From Abditibacterium sp. (GTDB lineage Bacteria; Armatimonadota; Abditibacteriia; Abditibacteriales; Abditibacteriaceae), in assembly GCA_965246885.1 (NCBI GenBank), contig OZ251992.1, forward strand, positions 1,696,001-1,760,000: a stretch of DNA of 64,000 nt, read 5' to 3'. The position numbers and the translations under genes are program-made. The notes under the pieces are model-generated. The model ran no database searches. It worked only from the letters and a program-made list of their open reading frames with translations, and was not told the DNA's origin. Below, piece by piece: positions 57,132 through 64,000 of the stretch. Numbering within the stretch: position 1 is the stretch's first letter; the number at the start of each line of letters is the position of its first letter.

Positions 57132-57773
57132 TTAGCGCGGGGCTTTCATCTCTTCGATGGCCGCCATCAGCTTCGCGCCCATCGCCTCGAACAGTTCGCG
57201 CCCGCCTTTGGAAGCATACTCGGCGGAAAAGTCGAGCGGCTTTCCAAAGGTAATGCGCGCCCGCACAAAGCGAAAGCCGGGACGACGCGGTGAGAACGCC
57301 CGCTCCGTGCCACGAATCAAGACCGGCACGACCGGACACTTCGCCGCGTGCGCGATCATCATCAGTCCCGGCTCCGCCCGCCCCAATTCCCCCGTGCGCG
57401 TCCGTGTGCCTTCGGGGAACACGAGGAGCGGCTCCTCGTTGTCCAGCACCCGCCGCGCCGTCTTGAACGCCGCCCTATCCGCCGCGCCGCGCCGCACCGG
57501 AAACGATCCCATCTGCTCGATGCCCCAGCCCACTATCCCCGAAAACAGTTCCGCCTTCGCCATGATGAACGGCCACCGTCCGCAAGAAACTCCCACCAAA
57601 GGCGGGTCAAGCAGCGACTGATGATTCGGCGCCAAAATCACCGCGCCCTGCTTGGGAATGTTCTCGCGCCCGCTTACCCGCCACCCGCCAACAGACAAAT
57701 ACGCCTTGAAGAGTGCGCTCATAAACGGAAACACCCACGTATGCCGGGGGCCAACCTCGCGCTTCTGGCTCAT
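57132..57773 (-). CDS. plsC: 1-acyl-sn-glycerol-3-phosphate acyltransferase
   Basis: NHQSLLD, FPVRRG and FPEGTR. Confidence 0.9.
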   Translation of the reverse strand: MSQKREVGPRHTWVFPFMSALFKAYLSVGGWRVSGRENIPKQGAVILAPNHQSLLDPPLVGVSCGRWPFIMAKAELFSGIVGWGIEQMGSFPVRRGAADRAAFKTARRVLDNEEPLLVFPEGTRTRTGELGRAEPGLMMIAHAAKCPVVPVLIRGTERAFSPRRPGFRFVRARITFGKPLDFSAEYASKGGRELFEAMGAKLMAAIEEMKAPR

Positions 57774-58453
57774 GGCGTCATCCGCTCCCTCGCCAAGGCG
57801 ACTATGTGCGCGACGACTTCCTCGCTGGTGAGGTCGTCGCTCAGGACGTGAACGGCGTCTTCGGCGGGTTTAAGGGGAGCGGTGTCGCGCCCCGCGTCGC
57901 GGGCGTCGCGTTCGCGGACATCGGAAAGGGCGCGCGCGGGGTCGAACTGCTCGCCGCGAGCGCGCCACTGTTCGATGCGGCGCTGGGCGCGCGCTTCGTC
58001 GGTGGCAGTGAGAAATACCTTCAGGTCGGCGTCGGGAAACACAACGGTTTGGATGTCGCGCCCTTCCAAGACGGCGCCGCCGCACTCTTCTTTGGCGCGC
58101 TCGCCCATCTCGCGCTGGCGGGCCGTCACGCGCTCGCGCAGGGCGGGCAGGGCGGCAATTTTCGAGGCCAACTCGCCCACTTCGGGCGCGACGATTTCCT
58201 CCGACACGTCGCGCTCGCCGACGAACAGCCGCGTACCGCCCGCCCCAAAACGCATCGGAAGCGCCGCCCCCAATTCGGCAATGGCCGTTTCGTCCCCGCC
58301 ATGCCCGATTTCCAACCCCCGCGCCCGCGCTTCCAAGGCAACGGCGCGATACATGGCGCCGGTGTTGATGTAAGCCAGCCCCAACTCCAGCGCCACCCGC
58401 CGCGCAACGGTGGACTTCCCGGCCCCGGCAGGCCCGTCAATGGCGATAATCAT
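57770..58453 (-). CDS. cmk: Cytidylate kinase
   Basis: IAIDGPAGAGKST, TGAMYRA and EGRDI.TVVFPDA. Confidence 0.95.
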   Translation of the reverse strand: MIIAIDGPAGAGKSTVARRVALELGLAYINTGAMYRAVALEARARGLEIGHGGDETAIAELGAALPMRFGAGGTRLFVGERDVSEEIVAPEVGELASKIAALPALRERVTARQREMGERAKEECGGAVLEGRDIQTVVFPDADLKVFLTATDEARAQRRIEQWRARGEQFDPARALSDVRERDARDAGRDTAPLKPAEDAVHVLSDDLTSEEVVAHIVALARERMTP

Positions 58454-58499
58454 CTGACGCGCGAGTTTAAAGGAGGCGCGCGGAACGGAAACTAACACC

Positions 58500-59216
58500 A
58501 TGCCTGACCTGCCGCCTTTGCCGGAGCCAGCCGAAGAACGAGCAAGGAACCTTTCCAGAAGAGTGGCAGGGTTGTGCATCGTCGGCGGACTACTCTTGGC
58601 TTGCATCTGCCTTTACTCGCCGGGCGTTACTCATGGAGGTGTCTGGGCGTTGGCTTTCTTCATCCTTGCCGGGATGCTCACTGCCGTTCTGCCCGGTTGG
58701 GTTTGCCGCCGTGTGGGAGTGTCTTTGGAAAGAAGCGAAGACACGCCGTTTGACTTGAGCGCCTATGCAGGCGGTGCTGATGTGGGCGAGGCCGAACTGC
58801 GCCGCTGTGTCGGGCGCGAACACCTATACCGCGTCGCTGTCTTCGGCGTCATGCTTCTCCTCGTGCCGTTGATAGCGAACCCCAAGCCGTTTTGGTCGGC
58901 GCAACTGTTCGTCCCGTTAGGGCTGGCGGCGTTGGGGCTACTGCAATCACTCTGGGGATGGCATCGGGCGGTCAAGACAAGTCTCGTTGCCCGCGCGGAC
59001 GCGCACGGGTTGCGAAGTGGCTGGAGGAACAGAGTCGCGTGGTCGCAGGTGGCTCGCGCCGCGCGCGTTCAGCAGTTCGGAGTGTTTGGCGGAAGGTGGG
59101 GCGAGTGGCTTGTGTTTCGTGATGCGGACGGCGCGGCGCTGGCGGAGATACCGCTTGGGGTTTTTGCGCCTGAGCAGGAGGAGCGGTTTCTGGGAGTCGT
59201 TGCCCGCTACTTCTAG
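58500..59216 (+). CDS. Hypothetical membrane protein
   Basis: Four hydrophobic segments and a PH-like tail (VAWSQV); fills the gap. Confidence 0.55.
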   Translation: MPDLPPLPEPAEERARNLSRRVAGLCIVGGLLLACICLYSPGVTHGGVWALAFFILAGMLTAVLPGWVCRRVGVSLERSEDTPFDLSAYAGGADVGEAELRRCVGREHLYRVAVFGVMLLLVPLIANPKPFWSAQLFVPLGLAALGLLQSLWGWHRAVKTSLVARADAHGLRSGWRNRVAWSQVARAARVQQFGVFGGRWGEWLVFRDADGAALAEIPLGVFAPEQEERFLGVVARYF

Positions 59217-59257
59217 TCGCCTTGGCATTGACGCCAAATTTGCCACACTGCGCCCCC

Positions 59258-60292
59258 ATGACTTCCACTCACAAGACCCGCGTGCTTCAAGTTGGCTGCG
59301 GCGGCATTACCGGGGCTTGGTTTACGCCCGCGACGAAGATGGACGACCTCGAATACGTCGGGTTGTGCGACTTGTTTCCCGACGCGGCGGCCAAGCGGCG
59401 CGATGAGTTCGGGCTGGCTGCCGATACGCCCATCTTCTCCGACTTGGCGACGGCGCTCAAAGAAACGCGGCCCGACTGCGTGTTCGATTGCACCATCCCC
59501 GCCGCGCATACGGCGACGGCTTTGCTCGCGTTTGAGGCGGGCGCGCACGTCTTAAGCGAGAAGCCGATGAGCGACACCCTCGCCAACGCGCGGCGGGCCT
59601 TAGATGCGTCCGTGCAGAACGGGCGCATCTACGCCGTCACGCAGAACTACCGCTACGGGGCGGGGCCGCGCCGCTTGCGGGCCTTTCTGGATTCCGGCGC
59701 GCTCGGCGACATTACCACCATCAACGCCGATATGTATCTGGGCGCGCACTTCGGCGGCTTCCGCGACGAGATGAAGCACGTCCTGCTCCTCGATATGGCC
59801 ATCCACACCTTCGACATGGCCCGCTACATCGGCGGCGCGAATCCGGTGTCGGTCTTTTGCCGCGAGTGGAATCCCAAGGGTAGTTGGTATGCGCATGACG
59901 CCTCCGCGAGTGCCATCTTCGAGATGAGCGAGGGCGTCGTGTTCAACTTCCGGGGCAGTTGGTGCGCGACGGGGTTGCCCAGTGGCTTCCAGTCGGGCTG
60001 GCGCATCATCGGCACGCGCGGCACGCTCGTCTGGGACGGGCATCAAGGCTTTTCGTGCGAAGTCGAAGACGGGAACGAAGGCTTCTTCCACCCCGTCAAA
60101 AGCCTCGAAGTCCCCGGCGGCGACTTCGGCTTCAAAGCGCAAGGGCACGGCGGCGTCATCCGCGAGTTCCTCGACGCCGCGCAAGGCGGGGCCGCGCCCG
60201 AAACAAGCGCGGGCGACAACATTCATTCCTTCGCAATGGTGTTGGCGGCGATCGAATCGTCGGAGGGGCGGCGCGTGGTGGAGATGGCTTGA
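59258..60292 (+). CDS. Gfo/Idh/MocA oxidoreductase
   Basis: VGCGGI, HVLSEKPM and DMAIH.FD. Confidence 0.92.
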   Translation: MTSTHKTRVLQVGCGGITGAWFTPATKMDDLEYVGLCDLFPDAAAKRRDEFGLAADTPIFSDLATALKETRPDCVFDCTIPAAHTATALLAFEAGAHVLSEKPMSDTLANARRALDASVQNGRIYAVTQNYRYGAGPRRLRAFLDSGALGDITTINADMYLGAHFGGFRDEMKHVLLLDMAIHTFDMARYIGGANPVSVFCREWNPKGSWYAHDASASAIFEMSEGVVFNFRGSWCATGLPSGFQSGWRIIGTRGTLVWDGHQGFSCEVEDGNEGFFHPVKSLEVPGGDFGFKAQGHGGVIREFLDAAQGGAAPETSAGDNIHSFAMVLAAIESSEGRRVVEMA

Positions 60293-60298
60293 AAACAG

Positions 60299-60330
60299 AA
60301 AAACGCGGCGCCCGAAGGCGCCGCGTTTTT
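60299..60330. terminator. Bidirectional terminator
   Basis: aaaaacgcggcgcc-cgaa-ggcgccgcgttttt. Confidence 0.8.
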
Positions 60331-60342
60331 GAGTTGGGCAAT

Positions 60343-60645
60343 TTACATCTTGCCTGCGGGTTTCATCGCGCTCTTCTTGATGAAGTGGCCCTTGGCGTCA
60401 CGGGGGTGCGCGGCGCTGTTGAATGGCTTCTTGCCGCCGGTCATTTTGCCGCCCATCATTTTCTTCATTTTCTTGGCTTTCTTTTTGGCCATCTTGTGGC
60501 TGCCCATTTTGCCACCCATCATTTTGCCACCGGACATTTTGGAGCCGGACATGGCGGGCTTGGGGGCCATTTTCGGTTGGGCTTGAGCGATGACGCCCAA
60601 GGGAGCGAGGGCGACCAAGAGGGCCGCGACGAGATTTTTGTTCAT
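60343..60645 (-). CDS. Small secreted Met/Lys-rich protein
   Basis: Signal peptide AQA-Q, (G/S)GKM(M) pentapeptide repeats and HPRDAKGHF. Confidence 0.7.
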   Translation of the reverse strand: MNKNLVAALLVALAPLGVIAQAQPKMAPKPAMSGSKMSGGKMMGGKMGSHKMAKKKAKKMKKMMGGKMTGGKKPFNSAAHPRDAKGHFIKKSAMKPAGKM

Positions 60646-60801
60646 GATGTTCGTGGGCGCGTTTTCGCCCAGCGATAGAAATCTTAACGAGAAATCATTT
60701 GTTATGGAATGGGAATCCGTCCAGAAGCCCCCCTTTTTGGCTAAATCTGAAGAAATTTCCAGTTTTTAACCTTGGGAATGGGCAATTAGACCCAAATTCT
60801 C

Positions 60802-60990
60802 CGAAGAATGAAGCGCGCCGCCGGAGGAGCGAGCCGCGCCATTGGAAGAATCAGGCGCGCCGTCCGAAGAATCAGGCGCGTCGCTGGAAGACTTAGCCCG
60901 GTGACTGGAAGAATTAGGCGAGTCGCTGGAAGAATTAACCCGGTGAGCGGATGGCGCGGGTGGGCAGACGGAAGAATCTCCTCTTCACGC
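60802..60990. repeat. Degenerate 21-bp tandem array F (9 units)
   Basis: (g/c)gaaga begins units at 60802, 60844, 60865, 60886, 60907, 60928 and 60970. Confidence 0.88.
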
Positions 60991-60997
60991 TCGCGAT

Positions 60998-61026
60998 TTG
61001 ACGAAGTGGGCGCGGGCGTTTACAAT
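60998..61026 (+). promoter_or_regulatory. Sigma70-type promoter of guaB-mrr-guaA
   Basis: TTGACG-17 nt-TACAAT. Confidence 0.65.
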
Positions 61027-61107
61027 CTTTGGAAAGCGTTTCGGGCGTGTTTCGCCCCGAATCCTCCCCCCGACCCGACAAACAGGCAGCGACGGAGAAC
61101 ACACATT

Positions 61108-62259
61108 ATGGTAATTGGCGGCAAACGAGAGGCGCGGCGCGCTTATGGATTGGACGAACTGGCCTTAGCGCCCGGAATAGTCAACATTGACCCCGACGAC
61201 ATCGAAATCGGCCTCAAAATCGGCTCGCTCGATTTTGGCATCCCCTTTTTGGCGAGCGCGATGGACGGCGCGGTGGACGTGCGCGTGGCCATTGAGATGT
61301 CCCGCTTGGGAGGGCTGGCGGTTCTCAACGGCGAGGGTTTGCAAACGCGCTACGAGAACCCGGCTGAACCCATCGAAGCGATCATCACCGAGCCGGTGGA
61401 AACGGTCGTGCCGCTCATTCAACGCCTATACCGCGAGCCGGTGAAGCCCGAACTCATCGCGCGCCGGGTCGAGGAGATAAAAGCCGGGGGCGGACGGGCG
61501 GTGCTTGCGTTCACGCCCTTTGGTGCCCGTAGCGCGCACATCGCGGTTGAAGCGGGCGCCGATGCGGTGGTGATTGCTACGACCGTGACGACGACCGAGT
61601 TCCGCTCGAGCAAGGGCACTTCCATTGATCTGGCGCGCTTTTGCAAAGAGTGCCGCGTCCCGGTCATCATCGGCAACGCCGTGACATATGCGGGTGTGAC
61701 GGATCTGCTTGAAGCGGGGGCGGCGTGTATTTTAGTGGGTGTTGGGCCGGGAGCGGCGTGCACGACGCGGCGCGTGTTGGGTTTGGGCGTGCCGCAAGCC
61801 ACAGCCGTTGCCGATAGCGCCCATGCCCGCGACGATTATTTCGAGCGCACGGGGCGCTACGTCCCCATCATCGCCGACGGCGGCCTGCGCACGGGGGGGG
61901 ATGTGTGCAAAGCCATCGCGTGCGGCGCCGACGGCGTGATGATGGGCCAGCCCATCGCCTCTTCGCACGAAGCCCCCGGCAAAGGCCACCACTGGGGCAT
62001 GGCCACCAGTTCGGCCAGCCTGCCGCGCGGCACCCGCGTGCGCGTCGCGCACCAAGCCAGCTTAGAGCAAATCCTTTTCGGCCCCGCCACCAAAGACGAC
62101 GGCACCCTCAACTTCGTCGGCGCCCTCAAACTGGGCATGGGCACCGCCGGAGCCGCCACCATCCGGGAGATGCAGGGAGTGGAAATCCTCATCGCGCCCA
62201 CCCTCGCAACGGAAGGCAAGCGCGACCAATTCGCGCAGAAAGTGGGGCAGGGTTCGTAA
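61108..62259 (+). CDS. guaB: IMP dehydrogenase-related protein (GuaB3 type)
   Basis: RRAYGLDE.AL.PG, ASAMDG, GVGPGAACTTR and IIADGG. Confidence 0.9.
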   Translation: MVIGGKREARRAYGLDELALAPGIVNIDPDDIEIGLKIGSLDFGIPFLASAMDGAVDVRVAIEMSRLGGLAVLNGEGLQTRYENPAEPIEAIITEPVETVVPLIQRLYREPVKPELIARRVEEIKAGGGRAVLAFTPFGARSAHIAVEAGADAVVIATTVTTTEFRSSKGTSIDLARFCKECRVPVIIGNAVTYAGVTDLLEAGAACILVGVGPGAACTTRRVLGLGVPQATAVADSAHARDDYFERTGRYVPIIADGGLRTGGDVCKAIACGADGVMMGQPIASSHEAPGKGHHWGMATSSASLPRGTRVRVAHQASLEQILFGPATKDDGTLNFVGALKLGMGTAGAATIREMQGVEILIAPTLATEGKRDQFAQKVGQGS

Positions 62260-62279
62260 GACTGGACAGTGGGAACCCT

Positions 62280-63194
62280 ATGGCCATTCCTGACTTCCAG
62301 ACAATCATGCGGCCACTCCTTCAATCCCTCAACGATTTGCAGGAGCGCCCTTCCTCGTGGCTCTACTCGGCTATTTCTGACGAGTTCAGGTTGTCACAGC
62401 AAGAACGAGAAGAGCTTCTGCCAAGCAAACGGCAGAAAGTCCTTCATAACCGCGTGGCATGGGCGTTGTTTCACATGAAAAGCGCCGGCCTAATTGAATC
62501 GCCCAAGCGGGGTGTGCATAAGCTCACTTCTCGTGGGCAGCAGATTCTCAAGAAATACCCCACCAAAGTGGATTTACGGATTCTGGCGCAGTTCCCCGAA
62601 TACATTGCGATGCGCGGGAAGGAAAAAATAGGTAATGAAGCGAGCCTTGACCCATCGGTTTCGCCCGCGCCAATCGTGACACCGGACGAAGCTATTGCCT
62701 CCGCATACGGAGAATTGCGCGCCTCGTTAGCGCAGGAACTTCTGGAGAAGATTAAGCAGTCGTCGCCAGAGTTTTTCGAGAGGCTTGTCGTAGATGTCTT
62801 GCTGGCGATGGGGTACGGTGGCTCGCAAACTGACGCGGGGGAAGCGTTGGGCAGAAGTGGCGATGGCGGCATAGACGGCGTGATTCGGGAAGACAAACTC
62901 GGCTTAGACGTGATATACATCCAAGCCAAGCGTTGGGAGAACGTCGTGGGACGTCCCGTTGTTCAGGGCTTCGTCGGAGCCATTCACGGCGCCAGAGCGT
63001 CGAAAGGCGTCATTATCACCACCTCCGACTTTTCGAGTGAGGCGCGGGAATACGTCAAAACCATCTCAGCGCGCATCGTTCTGGTTGACGGGCAAACTCT
63101 CGCCGGACTGATGATAGATCATAACGTCGCGGTGAGCCGCGTTTCAAACTACGAAATCAAGAAGGTAGACAATGACTACTTCTCGGAATTGTAA
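62280..63194 (+). CDS. mrr: Mrr-family type IV restriction endonuclease
   Basis: MAIPDFQ.IMRPLL, NRVAWA, FFERLVVDVL..MGYG, DGGIDG and IQAKRW. Confidence 0.93.
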   Translation: MAIPDFQTIMRPLLQSLNDLQERPSSWLYSAISDEFRLSQQEREELLPSKRQKVLHNRVAWALFHMKSAGLIESPKRGVHKLTSRGQQILKKYPTKVDLRILAQFPEYIAMRGKEKIGNEASLDPSVSPAPIVTPDEAIASAYGELRASLAQELLEKIKQSSPEFFERLVVDVLLAMGYGGSQTDAGEALGRSGDGGIDGVIREDKLGLDVIYIQAKRWENVVGRPVVQGFVGAIHGARASKGVIITTSDFSSEAREYVKTISARIVLVDGQTLAGLMIDHNVAVSRVSNYEIKKVDNDYFSEL

Positions 63195-63209
63195 ACCCAC
63201 TTCCACTTA

Positions 63210-64000
63210 ATGCAATCCATTTCCAACGAAACCATTCTCGTCCTCGATTTCGGCGCGCAATACGCGCAGCTAATCGCGCGCAAGGTGCGCGCGTGCCATG
63301 TCTACTGCGAGATACTGCCCTTCGACGCGCCGTTGGAGCAGATACTCGCGCACAATCCCAAGGGCGTGATTTTTTCGGGCGGGCCGTCGTCGGTGTATGA
63401 GATCGAAGCGCCCCAGTGCGCCGAGGGGCTGTTCCACTGCGGCGTGCCGATTCTGGGGATATGCTACGGGCATCAGGTCATGGCGCATATGCTGGGCGGC
63501 AAGGTGACGCCTGCCGACAAGCGCGAATTTGGCAAGACGGAGTTGGTTGTGCAAGAGGGTGCGCCGCTTTACGATGGGCTGAACCGCAAACTGCTGTGTT
63601 GGATGTCGCACGGCGACTTGGTGTTGGAGCCGCCGCCGGGGTTTGTGTCCACGAGTAAGACAGTCTCCACGCCCGTCGCTTCGATGGCCAACGTCGAAAA
63701 GCGGCTTTACGGCGTGCAGTTCCACCCCGAAGTGACGCACACGCCTTGGGGGTTGGAGATTATCCGCAACTTCGTGACCGGGCCGTGCGGCTGCTCCGGG
63801 ACGTGGACGATGGAGAATTTCATCGAGACCGAGTCGGCGCGCATCCGGGAGATTGTCGGGGATAAACGGGTGCTGTGCGCGCTGTCGGGCGGGGTGGATT
63901 CGGCGGTGGCGGCAGTGTTGTTGCATCATGCCATCGGCGAGCAACTGACGTGCTTGTTCGTCAATCACGGCTTTTTGCGCTTGCACGAGGCCGAGCAGGT
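63210..64000 (+). CDS. guaA: GMP synthase (runs off the window end)
   Basis: Own translation: ILVLDFGAQY, GICYG, MSHGD, QFHPEV and ALSGGVDS. Confidence 0.95.
   Translation, partial: MQSISNETILVLDFGAQYAQLIARKVRACHVYCEILPFDAPLEQILAHNPKGVIFSGGPSSVYEIEAPQCAEGLFHCGVPILGICYGHQVMAHMLGGKVTPADKREFGKTELVVQEGAPLYDGLNRKLLCWMSHGDLVLEPPPGFVSTSKTVSTPVASMANVEKRLYGVQFHPEVTHTPWGLEIIRNFVTGPCGCSGTWTMENFIETESARIREIVGDKRVLCALSGGVDSAVAAVLLHHAIGEQLTCLFVNHGFLRLHEAEQ

Noticed and set aside
60808..61107. Long N-terminal extension of GuaB (likewise the extensions to 39160 and 29111)
   Set aside because: The extensions come from open frames through the arrays; homology, signal peptides and the promoter point to the downstream starts
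61027..61107. Purine riboswitch upstream of guaB
   Set aside because: No recognisable purine aptamer consensus, only a short hairpin

Overview
GC-rich bacterial chromosome window. The lineage is probably Abditibacteriota/Armatimonadota-like; this is inferred from lpxC, several DUF1559/H-X9-DG prepilin-like genes and an ACIII-caa3 operon. It begins with the distal part of an alternative complex III plus caa3-type oxidase operon. After that come an RND permease with no adjacent adaptor, housekeeping genes (thiL, tsaE, lpxC, hemW, cinA, ribD, livKHM, argH, pyk, plsC, cmk, guaB, partial guaA) and many secreted hypothetical proteins. Five features stand out. (1) Six intergenic degenerate tandem arrays have no shared consensus but all have an exact 21-bp period. 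(2) A Cys-rich exported leader ORF with an RAPP arrest-like motif lies directly upstream of a tiny secreted (CCxPGAP)n peptide. (3) An accessory patch after livM holds a lone integron-type cassette (GTTAGGC...attC) encoding a HEPN-like protein, plus a vapBC module bracketed by a duplicated livM 3' end. (4) Two REP/MITE-like palindromes are present. (5) mrr is inserted between guaB and guaA. No rRNA, tRNA, CRISPR array, integrase or transposase was recognised. All calls were made by eye, without database searches.
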